Shown here: positions 41,421 to 53,290 of the stretch, in pieces
Layout: every line of letters starts with the position of its first letter
Numbering within the stretch: position 1 is the stretch's first letter
NCBI RefSeq assembly: GCF_001194135.2
Contig: NC_068984.1
Span: 30,810,678-30,874,677, forward strand
Length of the DNA: 64,000 bases
Source of the DNA: Octopus bimaculoides
Lineage: Eukaryota
Direction of reading: 5' to 3'
Notes under the pieces: generated by a model
What the model was told of the DNA's origin: nothing
Seen by the model: only the letters and a program-made list of their open reading frames with translations
The model's database searches: none
Position numbers and translations under genes: made by a program

Positions 41421-44400
41421 GGTTCTTTTCCAGCATTTATCAAATGGCATCAAGTTAAAAATATATCAGAAGAAGGTGTAATGAAAATCATGTTGATATG
41501 GAAAAACTATTGTTTAAAATGTTATATATTCCATCATTTGACTACAGTAGCAGAGGGTCACAATCTTTCGTCATTCATTGCAGCTTTTATAACTAATTAT
41601 AGTTATGTAGTTGGAATTTGAATCTCCATAAACTTTGAACTCAGAATGCAAATAGCTGGAACAGATATCACAGAGCAGCTCATCAAATGCTCTAATAATT
41701 CCATCAATCTACCACAATGGACTGGAATAACCTCTTCCCCACCCAATAAAAAAACAAAGAACATAATATATCTTGGCAGAATTTGAAGTCAGAGCTGTGA
41801 AGCAAATACTGCAAAACTGCAAAGCTTCTCAGCCAATCTTCTAACAGCTTCACCAAATGTGACACATTAATATATTATTGAGTGTATTTGTAAATGGTAA
41901 AACATCATGAGATATTAAACAGCTTAAATAATGTATTATTTTTCTTTCTTAATGATTCAGTGATTCAACAATGTGTGGATTTACTATGCACTGATTTATG
42001 GAAATATTCTTTAAGCATAGACTTAAAAGTGTGGATTTTCAGCATACACTTTACAGGATATAGTAGAATAGTTGAATCTATGGAAACTAACAGTTTTCTT
42101 TGCTAATACACTGGAATAAATTTAATGCTGTGTGGAAGAAAAGAAGTCTAACATTTAGGGCAAAACCCTTTATCAGAAAGAGCCGAAATATATTGTGATA
42201 TAGCAAAATAAAAACAGTAATGAGAGAGGGTGAGTCAGGGAATACTATATCAATGATAAGAGGGAGAATGGGAACATAGAGAAAAGCAAAAGAAGAAGGG
42301 AAGAAAATGAGGAGGCAACAAGTACTGGTAGAAGGGGCAGCAGTGAAAGCAAGGAGAAAATAAAAGGATTGCCAACAAATTTGAAATGAGAGTGCTCATT
42401 CACTTTCAGGCAGTCTATACATCAAAATATTGGTCTCACAATAACATACCTTTTCACCTCAGGCTGAAAAAAATTCCACAAATATGAGTAAATAGTAATA
42501 AATGTGGTAATCTACAAAAATTGAAATAGTAGTTAAATTTCATTCCTTATAGCTACCATCAACATCTTACTTGGTGTATTATTTTGGCTCAGATGTTTTA
42601 GTCCATGGGTTGAATGAGACATCACAAAGCATCTTTGCCAACACTTGTTTTCTGATGGAAATATTTGCATTCCATTGGTCATTAGACATTGAAGTCACCA
42701 AGCTACAGGATACATTGGTGATAAAAGATATATACTAAATGTCCTCATTGCCACTCTCCACACACATACACACATACACACACACATACATACATACATG
42801 CATACATGCATACATGCATACATACATACATACATACATACATACATACATACATACAAACAAACAAATATCTGATGTGTTTCACACACAAGGTATAGAT
42901 CAACCTGATGCTATGGTATAAAACATTTACCCAAAGTGTCATGTAGTGGGACAGAACCTGAAATCAGGTATTTACAAAGTGAACTTCATTACACACTGTC
43001 AAGCCTGCACTTTATATAATTTGCAATTTCTTCAACTTTTTATCTCTCTGTCTCTTTCCTGTGTGAAATGATTACAAAATATCATTATCAGGGCATTTTT
43101 TTGTATCTTTGTTTATAACCTGAATAGTAACATTTATAATGCTGAAATATTTTTTAAAAAGAAATTTATAATTTTAATGACAATGTTTATTATTATGGCA
43201 AAATATTTCTGTTAACATAGGCAACTTTTTCAATGTACTAATCTAACAAATTAACAAACTTTTGATGAATTTATCTAATAGCAAAACGTTGAAAAAATGT
43301 TTATGGAATTTATTTGCATCCAAAACAGGATTGCAGGACTAACCTTATTGCTTTTTGTTAAACTGTCACATTCCATGGCATAAAATTCTTCAAGATTTTG
43401 CTACTTTGAGTTGTTTAAAAATTTTCAATATTTTGCTGTTTGTTAAATTGTTACATTATCTGAACTTTTTCAACTATTTTTCCATTTGCTAATTTACTAG
43501 GTTAAAGAAATTGCTAATTTAATATATATTTTCTTGTAATAAATTTCATTAAAGTTCGCCAGTTAAAAAAAAAAGATAAGTGATAGGTGATGTTAAATTA
43601 AAGAAATTGCCAATTTGAGTATATAATATGGCCATATTGAATAAAATTTGATTGCCAGGTACAATGTGATAAATTGCCACATTTGTTAACATTTACTGCT
43701 CTCTGGTGGACTCTCTTCTGCTTGCGGTGTAAAAGTACGATATGGTAGAAAATTATGCTGACTTATTAATTGTGGTTGAGGGTACAAAAGTGTATGAGCC
43801 TGAGAGGAGGTGGTAACAAGAAAAACAATATACAGACATAGTTTTGTTCTTTTACATCATTGTTTCAAATTCAGCTGGAGTTGAATTAGCCTTTATTCTT
43901 TCCATATTTGATATAATTACCAAATATTTAACTGTAATTGATTCAGTTAATATTTTCCTTGCTGAGATAAGCAGCTGTCTTAAATTTGAGCACAATAGTT
44001 TGGGCAACTTCAATAAAGTCAAATTAGTTGCTGGCTAATAGTCAGTCATAATGTTTAATAAACAACATTCTGAAATTTAACTTCATTGAAGTTATTTTCA
44101 GTCAGAAAGTAATTAACCCAATGTCTTCTTCCTCTGAATTAACTGCTTTGTTGCACTCGAGTCTTATTTTCATTCATAACAGAAAATTTCAGATCTTTCT
44201 AATCTTCCTCCTTTTAGTAAAACATATAACTGTATCAACATGGCTTCCAAGGATGAAATGTGGAACACACTCATTCTGATATTTATTTGTAGCAATGTCA
44301 ATCAAAATTGTATAGGTGCTCCCCTGGTGCTTTTTCTTTTGTGCTTGCTAGGCATCATATTTGTGTGCACTAAATCTCATTATAGAAATATACATAGAAA

Positions 44401-44518
44401 TGGCTTCATTGTCAACACATCAAATATGTAGAATTGACAAAACAATAGATTAGATTACAAAGACAAACATGTTATGCTTTATTTTTCTCTTCTAGTCAGA
44501 CTGTTCCTTTTCACATTA

Positions 44519-45400
44519 ATGCCCAGTAAAATAACTACTACTAGTTCGTTTTTTAATCTTTCAAATAAAGAGAGAGATAATCCCAAAAGTGATACAACTT
44601 CCTAACCTATTGCCAAGAATAGCTTTGCTGATAGATATTTTAATAGTGATGATCACAATATCACAAAACATCTTCAGTGCTCTTGAGATTTTGGTTCCTC
44701 CAAATATGAAAATATTTCTAATGATGAAAATGAGGAAGAAGTGAAAGGGACTGAAGAATTATTGGTGTCTCTACTGCCACTGCAGATTAATATCATGAAA
44801 ACTGAAGGAAATCATATAATTTTGATACAATATAAACCAAAGAAATTTGCGAAGGAGTTTAGTTAGTGAGAATTCGAGAGTGAATGGTTCAAAATTTTCC
44901 TTTGACTACCTATGACATGTGTAACATTATTATCCTTGTAAAGTTTTCATGTATAACTTTTACTTTTGAAGAATAGAAGAAGAAAAACTTGCTCATGCTT
45001 GCCATCAGCAGATCTTGCTGAAGTAGATGTTGAGAAGATGTAAGGTATAAACTATCAATAAATCAAAAGAAGCAAGTAGTGCAGAACCAAGAGTATTTGA
45101 AAATTATCAAAAGTCTGTTGGTGTCTGTCCAACAAACATAACTCAATGGAGTCATGCAGAGGATTGTGATCACTTAGATGAGGTTTCTGATATTAAGCAT
45201 GGTAAAATTTTGAAACTTCTACCTCTTTGTCTATAAGACGCATAGATAACCTCAGCTGGTGTTGTTGAAGCTGTTGACAAGAATAATTTTCATGGTGTAC
45301 AGCCTGTCTTCAATGAAATCACTGGTACCTTGACAAAATATATTTCTAGAGATTCCTTCAGTATTCTCAGATAAATGAAAACGTATCTGAGAGTTACAAT
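44519..45400 (+). pseudogene. hAT-family transposase fossil (TTF zinc finger / DUF4371, ZMYM1-like)
   Basis: EFESEWFKIF-W*L-TYD, then NQEYLKII..., HGKILKLL, TKYISRD in the expected order; many stops and frameshifts. Confidence 0.55.
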
Positions 45401-46689
45401 GGATTAAATGTGATTAAGCAGTGCGGCAATACAAAATACTGAGTGAAATTACACCAACATGTCTGGTGACAAATAATTGCTATTCTTGGAGTTAATAAAG
45501 ACAGAAAACATAATTTCTTTTAAGCTCCACACTGTGTGAATTCTGCTGAATGAATATTGTTGATTGATAAAAAAAAAAAACGATGAAACATTTACTGGAA
45601 ATTAATTGTGTCTTTATCTGCAAAATTTCCGGCAAATCAGCACCTCTGCTCACCTTAACTAAATAGTCTTATATACCTATGAATACAACAATTGTTTTTT
45701 CTCATTAGTTGAATGCATTGAATATATCCAGAGGTTTGGGCCATTGCAACCAATCTAACAAAAAAATCTTTCTCAATAGGTTAACATCTTTGGTAAAAAA
45801 AAAAAGAAGAAAAAAAAGAAGAAAGGAAAATTGCAATACAAATCTGTGCTTTAAATGATAAACATCTATTTTATTTTTCCATAAGGAACAAATTCTCATT
45901 AACAAATCAAATGTCTATCATTCAGAAATTTTTTTCTGACGGCATTAAAAGAATTAATTAGTTTAAATTGGTGTCATTTTCACATCACAGATATGTTGTA
46001 TTTTTATTTTGTTTCTAATGTTAGATTTGCTTTTAAATGAAATGTTTCTATTTTCTCTGAGGCTCTATTTAGATGAATGCCTTACAATTAACTGGATTTT
46101 AATTATTGCATATGCTTAACAATAGATTTCAACTTCAAGTAGGCTACTTTTTCAAAGACAATAGGAAATAGCTTTTACCAACTTCTAAGTCTACATTCAA
46201 AGAATATTTCAAGTGGATATTACTTCTTGTGAAAAATGTATGACAAATAACCTATCTAGCCTTAGCATTTTATATAAAAGTATGCACATGCTTTTCTTTA
46301 GCACCACAAATCTTTTCACAGTCAATATGATGAGAAGTCTCTTCTGAATTTTATATTATTCTCTCTTCCATTCCTCACCTCTTAATATCGAAAAACAATT
46401 TTCTTTTGAATTTTGTTAATTGCACACATGTTGAAGTTTTTTTTTATGGCTATATTTTTCTTTTTTGCTTGTGTATCTTATAAAACTGCCATTTCCTATG
46501 ATGCCACTTATGCTTGTAGGTTCTTGACATTTTATAACCTACAGAAGTTGAGCAGAAATGACTGATTTGAGGCCAGCTTTTGAAATGATGCAATAAATTG
46601 CATGCTTAGTTAAATCTAATTCTAATTGTTATTATAGAGGTGAAAATACTTATAGTAAACATCCTGATAAACAGATGCAAGTAAAGTAA

Positions 46690-47120
46690 TAGTGCCTCGT
46701 TCAAGTCTTGTTATAGGAGCAATATCTGGGGAATATGGTTGGTGGGGGCATCGTTTTCCATTCAAACTGCTCCAGCCTTTGGAATGTCATCCTCGCTGTA
46801 TGTGGCCAAGCATTATCTTGTTGGAAGAACACCTTTCATCTTGAAACCAAAGATGGTCGTTTTTCTTCTAGCACTGACTTGAGTTACTTGAGCCTGACCA
46901 AATTCAGGCTTCTCTGCTAGTTCCTCAATAGTTATAAAGGGATTTTATTCCACCAGGGTTTGCAGATCTACAGCTCTTCCAAGATGAAGCTCGTCTTCTA
47001 GGCTGTAGCTTCCAGCTCAGAATTTCAGGAACCATAGCTGATACTGGCTTATTGTCTGATCTTCATATACTGAATTAATATTCTTTGTACTTTCCATTGT
47101 ATTGTTGCCTTTACTGAATA
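46690..47120 (-). mobile_element. Mariner fragment, same family as 7745-8797, internally deleted
   Basis: minus strand EELAEK.EFG joined to KRPSLVS..VFFQQDNAWPHTARMTFQRLEQFEW..YSPDIAP; alignable by eye to 7800-8020 and 8360-8450. Confidence 0.85.
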
Positions 47121-47439
47121 TGCTGAATATGCTCCTTTGTCACTTCCATTATAGCTTTGAAAAAATGACTGTTAAAATCGAACTGCACTCTTCAAAACTT
47201 GTACTACAAATAAGGACAAGATATAATTACTACCTGCTTTTATAGCAAGTTGATGCAAATAGTTTATCCCACCTCTCCTACTTTTAGTTCATGTGATTGA
47301 AAAATAACGCATTATTTATGAGATGACCCAATAGTAAGAAAATTTTAACAACTGGTGTATTCTCAAGTAACACAATAAAAGGAGAAATTCTGAATATGAA
47401 AATTTTGTCTGTATTTTTCCAATATAATTTGGGGATTAA

Positions 47440-47479
<40 letters not shown>

Positions 47480-47480
<1 letters not shown>

Positions 47481-47544
47481 TTGCCATCATCAGCATCACC
47501 ACTACCATCATCATCATCATCATCATCATCACGATCACCATCAC

Positions 47545-47582
<38 letters not shown>

Positions 47583-47607
47583 CAATCATCATCAACATCA
47601 TCATCAT
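47480..47607. repeat. (CAT)n microsatellite
   Basis: direct reading. Confidence 0.95.
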
Positions 47608-47619
47608 GATAGTTTTCCT

Positions 47620-49066
47620 AGTGTGGAAACAACAGAGGGACCAGCAATCCAAATAGACAGTAGCATGGTAGACAAAGCCATGAAGGATATGAAGACAGGG
47701 AAAGTCCCCAGCCCATCTGGAATAACTGCTGAGATGTTTAAAACACCTGGCAGTGTGGATTATGTTCTAGTCACCTGTATAATTAGTCATACCCAATGAC
47801 AGAAGGAGTCATAGCCAATGACTGGTGTAGCAGCACCATAGTCAACTGCTACAAAGATAAAGGTAACGCTTTACACAGAAATAATTACAGAGGTATTAAA
47901 GTGTTGGATCAGGTGATGAAGGTTATGGAGAGAGTCATAGCCCTACTAATTAGGGAGAGGTTTAGTCTAGATGAGATGCAGTTTAGTTTTGTGCCAGGGA
48001 GAAGCACCACTGATGCTGTATTTCTGGTAAGGCAGCTGCACATGACGTACCTAGCCAAAGACAAACCCCTGTGCTTTTGTTGACATGGTGAAGGCCTTTG
48101 ACAGGGTCCCCCAATCCCTTATCTAGTGATCAATGTGGAAACTAGGGATAGATGAGTGGTTGGCCAGAACTACCAAAGTCTTAATAAGTAGGAAGGCAAA
48201 CAAATCACAAATCCCTTCAGGTAGATGGCCGTGCTTGATCTGTAGGAAAGACATTGGTAGAAATTCCATGAGATGTATCCAGTACAAGCAATGGACACAT
48301 AAGAAGTGCAGCAATATCAGATGAAGGTTATATGATAAAATAATTTTTGTGCATGGAAGGTGAACAGGTACAATAAACACTAAAAGTCAGTAATGGAGGT
48401 GGATACTCTGAGAACATAGATGCAAGAATAAGAATAGGCTAGGCAAAGTTGAGAGAGCTTCTAACTTTGTTGGCAACAAAGGGCCTCTCCCTTAGAGTGA
48501 AGATAGACTGCATGATACCTGTGTGCAAACAACAGCTATGCTACACCGCAGTGAATCATGGGCTGTGACCACCAAGAACATGCATAGGCTTGAGAGAAAT
48601 GAAGCTAGTAGGTATCACTGGATGTGCAATGTCAGTGAGTATATACAACAGAGTGTAAGCATCTTGAGTGTAAAGTTGTGCATAAGACGCATCAGATGTA
48701 GTGTGCAAATGACAACTGTGCTGGTATGATCATGTGATGCATATGGATGAGAACAGCTATGTAAAAAAAGTTCCGATCATTCACTGTGGAGAGAACCTGT
48801 GGGAGAAGTTGACCCAGGAAGACATGAGATGAGGTGGTGAAGCATGATGTTCGAACGTTGGGCATCACGGAAGCAATGACGAGCAACCAAGACCTTTGGC
48901 AATAATCCATGCTTAAGAAAACTCATCAAGTCAAGTGAAGTCATAGTCATGTTCAATACAGGTGTCACATAATTGGCACCCATGTTGGTGGCATGTAAAA
49001 AGCACCTTTCAAGTGCTGGGCCTCATGGAGGCAATGTGGCTGATACTGGTGTTGTGTAACTGGCAC
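47620..49066 (+). mobile_element. RTE-clade LINE, 5'-truncated, with RT core partly deleted
   Basis: MKTGK.PSPSGI.AEM; NNYRGIKVLDQVMKVMERV; QFSFVPGRSTTDAVF; KAFDRVP; Cys/His motif WPC.IC..C...W.H..C; SESW; 3' UTR shared with family C. Confidence 0.92.
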
Positions 49067-49224
49067 TCCAATTGACTTCCTGCATTTTATATATATGTGG
49101 CTGTGTGGTAAAATACACTTACCCAAGGTTTCACACAGTGGGACTGAACCTGGAACTATGTTACTGGGCAGCAAGTTTCTTACCACACAGCCACATATAT
49201 ATAAAATGCAGGAGGTCAATTGGA
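49067..49224. repeat. 45-bp inverted repeat enclosing an antisense SINE A fragment
   Basis: 49067-49111 vs 49180-49224, one mismatch (G.U pair on the + strand). Confidence 0.95.
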
Positions 49225-49397
49225 ATAATGTGATCCAGGTGTTTATCTTGGGAGACTATTCTATGGATAGCATCTACTTGAAAATTGGAAGTGGTAAATT
49301 CCCTTATCAAATTGTTATTTCTGTAGCTAGAAAAATCACCAATTACTTATACATCATAGATATAAAGAATAGACATTGAAGATTGGTGTTGGAGATC

Positions 49398-49671
49398 TTT
49401 TATCTTTTGCTTGATTCAGTCATTAGACATGTTAGGGCATCACCTGGAAGGTTTAAGATGAACAAATTCAACCCAGTACTTATGATTTTTAAGTCTTGTA
49501 CTTATTCTATCGATTTCATTTGCCAAACTGCTAGGTTAAGGGCACATTAATAAATCAACACCAGCTGTTACATGGTGGTAGAGGACGAATACAGTACAAA
49601 CACACACACACAGAGATACACACGCAAGCGCATGCATGAATGCACACACTCACACATGCACACACATAAAT

Positions 49672-49709
<38 letters not shown>

Positions 49710-49870
49710 GACAGGCTTGTTTCTGTTTGTAACTACCAAATCCACTCACAAGCTTTGGTCAAGCCAAATCTATAGTAGAAGACACTTGCCCAGGTGCTAT
49801 GCAGTGGAACTGAACCAAAGATCATGTGGGTTTGAAGCATGCTTCTTAACCGCTCAGACATGTCTGCACC
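49398..49870 (-). mobile_element. SINE family A
   Basis: reverse complement of family A with (CA)n. Confidence 0.85.
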
Positions 49871-50794
49871 TATATAGGAGTGTGCTACTTTTTGTTTTGG
49901 TATAGTTTACATGTTTCCACAATTTCACATTGATTAATCTCGTGTCATATTTATAAACATGTCTGCAATTAACGAGCTACTAATATCTGCTGTGCAGACA
50001 CAGCATTCATAAAAATGTTCTTCAGAACTTTCCACAAAAGTAATATGCAGAAAAAGTTAGCAATTTTACTTAAATATAGGATATTCATCAACGTTTATAG
50101 TGGGCAGTACTAAGAAATATAATTTTATTAGGAAAATGACAGGAAGAGAAAAGAAATAAAGAGAAAAGAAAAGACAAAATGTCCAGCCTTGTTCAACCTT
50201 GACCATGTAGCTCCAGAACATTACCTGACTACCTGCTGTGTTTTCTTCTATTAATGGGATTGGTTAGAGAATATTTACTTATACCACAATAGTACACACA
50301 TGGTAACTCATTTTTACATATTGCTAGACATCATGTCTTTATTCCATTGACATGTGCACCTTTATTTACATATATATTCTCTCACATACTTCAAACAAGT
50401 ATAGATATATCTATACAATCATACATACATACCCATTCATATATTCATACTCACACACACATATTCATGCACACACACACACATACACGCACTTGCCTAC
50501 ATGCATATAGATTGATACATATACTCATATGCATACTTGTATACAATCAAGGGTATACTTACAGACACAATATCAGTATGAAAACTAAATGGAGACATAA
50601 ATGTGTGCACGTGTGTCTTCTTGTATATGTGTTTACATATCCTTACCCCCTAAACTAGTCAACACATAACTATATGCTAGTATATATGCATACTCATACA
50701 CATATACACTGATATGGCTGCATCAATGTGTATACACAATGTTAGTAATACCCACTTTTATTCATAGGAACATATATATAAATAAATACACACA

Positions 50795-51003
50795 TGTACA
50801 CAGGTGAGCACATAAGTATAAAACAAGGTGGAAAAAATAGTACTCAAATACCAAAGGTAAAAAATCATCACAGACCTGTTACTCGGAGTTTCATGCTCTC
50901 ATTTTTCAGACAGTTGTGTTGTTTTCATCACAATTGTCTGACAAACCGGAGCATGAAACTCTGAGTAACATTGCTGTGATAATTTTTGCAGCTTTAATAA
51001 AAT
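50795..51003. mobile_element. Palindromic Penelope-like element with inverted termini
   Basis: inverted arms 50859-50918 / 50929-50987, each carrying a hammerhead-like core. Confidence 0.55.
50931..50973 (+). ncRNA. Degenerate minimal type I hammerhead ribozyme motif (G8A)
   Basis: caattgt-CTGAcAA-accggagcat-GAAA-ctc-t-gag-TA-acattg; mirror motif on the minus strand at about 50875-50914. Confidence 0.45.
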
Positions 51004-51009
51004 GTACTT

Positions 51010-51172
51010 CATTATCATTATCATAATCATCACCATCATCATCATCATTGTTTAACGTCCATTTTCCATGCTGGCATGGGTTGGACAGTTTGACTGAGGT
51101 CTGGAGAGCCTACAGCTGCACCAGGCTCCAATCTGATCTGGCAATGTTTCTACAGCAGGATGCCCTTCCTAA
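51010..51172 (-). mobile_element. RTE 3'-tail copy (family C)
   Basis: (cat)n-tgtttaacgtccattttccatgctggcatgggttgg. Confidence 0.85.
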
Positions 51173-51527
51173 TATTGTAATGGAGATCAGTGAGTAGAAA
51201 GTGATAGTGCTTATTATCAGTAGAAGATTAATTTTCATATGTAGGATTATTTCTCACACGTTAGGGAAAGTGGGAGAAAGATTGTGATGCTAAGCTGCTG
51301 AAGAAATTTATAGGTTTGAAATATCTTGAAGATTTAAGGATATTTACATTTACTTCATTCCGGATTCTGTGTAATCTTTAACTCCCTTTACAATAATTTT
51401 TATCATGATTCACTCAAATCAGTTTGTATTTTAAATAAGTTTATTTTCCTCTAAATAAAATAATTATAGCATAATAAAATACATAGGGTGTTCACTTCTT
51501 TGAATATATTTTACATAATTCTTTCTA

Positions 51528-51732
51528 CTAAAGGCACAAGACCTGAAATATTGGGGGAGGAGATTGGTTGATTTTATCGAGCCCAGAATTTGACTGGCAC
51601 ATATTTTAAAGCCTCTGCAAGGATGAACGACAAAGTTGACCTCGGTGGAATTTGAACTCAGAACTTAAAGACAGATGAAATAATGCTAAGCCTTTTTGTT
51701 GGGCATGCTAAGGATTTTGTCAGTTTGCCTTG
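51528..51732 (-). mobile_element. SINE family B
   Basis: reverse complement of family B. Confidence 0.8.
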
Positions 51733-52249
51733 AGTTTGTTTTACATAATGTCATCACTTTTTGTATGTATATTCAAGGCAATTTGGTTTTTAAAGTGACA
51801 GTATTGAACAAATATCTTCTAAAGTGAATGTAGAACATTGTCAGAGTTACCAAAGAATTTTAAACACTAACAGTATCTAGATACTTTAGCGCTAATATGC
51901 CAAATCAGCTAACTGCCACTAGAGCAGAATGGTCTCCACCAATTTTCTAGCTAATTAATCAGAAATGTCACTTAGACTGAAAAACCTGATGAAGCATTGG
52001 ACATCTGGATATACATACAGATGACAAAAAGATATAGAATCGTCTACTCTGAAGTGAGTGCTGCAGTATGACCTTGGCCATTGTGGCCAAAACAAAATAG
52101 CAAATTATATTTTATATTCATTGTTGTTCATTGACAATACCTCAGAATCAAAGAAGCTTGCCTACTAGATTTAACTTTTGTGGAACTGAATGTGAGTGAA
52201 TGGTTCAATGTGAGTCCACTGGCTAAATTGGTTGCTTTGTGTTGTTTTC

Positions 52250-53290
52250 TATATACAGTCATCATGAGATATTTAATTTGAGTTGAGTCGAATTTCGAAG
52301 CTGTACAGATGATTCTTTTCAAATTCTGTCAGATATTTGCTAAGGGTTCTTGCTTGTATACATTTATATTACCCTTTTTCAATATATCTTTATACTCTTC
52401 TTATTTTATCCTCTTTTTGTGCATTTTCCTTCATTCAGCTGAGAGGAAAAGATGGCTAAGGATATCTATGGTCCAGTGTTCACAAAACGTGAAAAATTCA
52501 TCTATACTATGATTATATAACATGACTACAGGAAACATTACCTTCAATGAACATACTGATATTGCCCTATCTATTTTATCCCTGGATGGATATGATTATC
52601 TTTAAGCATGTCTTAGTGTCTATTTGCAATTATATGGATATATCATCCAATATTTGTCCAGGTTTCAGAGACATACAGGAGAGTGAGAACTAAAATTGCC
52701 TTTTATATATAATAAATTTGATTTGTTTCTGGTCATGATCATCATATACTTGTCTTCTCAGGTTACTAAAGGTTGTGCTGGCAAATGTTATCTGGTACTG
52801 GATCTCCTTAACAGTGTTCACATTCTGTGATTGATGACTTTCCAGTTATTGTATGGTAACTACATTTTACACCATCTAAGTTACTGAATGGCAGGATTAA
52901 TTTCCTGCTTGTTTGATGCGTGTTGATGCAAGATCTTATGTTGAGGTTTAGATCTATGCTTCCATATACATCAACAAAAATGTTAGTAATTGTGTCATCC
53001 TCTGCACATTGAAGTTCATTTATACCAGAACAGAAACCATGCTTACTTGTGTCTTGGCACAGAATCTGCCAGGAGTTAAACAGCTTGCCATTTATGTGGT
53101 AGACTATCTGGATGCCATATGTATTATATGTTAATCTAGGTAATGCAGTCTGACATTCATATTGGAATTTTATTCTTCTCAATTACCTTCATATAACTCT
53201 CTTTGTTTTAACACACTTCTCTATATACATAAAACAGCCCCACAGTTAAAACACTGCTCAATATGACCGCTAATTTGAATAATGTCTGCA
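52250..53290 (-). mobile_element. Second RTE (BovB-like) LINE RT fragment
   Basis: ORF 52808-53182 GIQIVYHINGKLFN...INELQCAEDD (GIYIRYRTDGKLFN..ELLFADD type); downstream ASTTFSNL, LLYVSETWT, EYKDILK. Confidence 0.75.

Noticed and set aside
43860-44400. Possible pogo/Tigger N-terminus on the minus strand (MPSKHKRKSTRG, SEEED)
   Set aside because: Resemblance depends on several assumed frameshifts; not assignable by eye.
52808-53182. 124-aa Cys-containing ORF as a host exon
   Set aside because: Better explained as RTE reverse transcriptase, with collinear LINE motifs continuing downstream.
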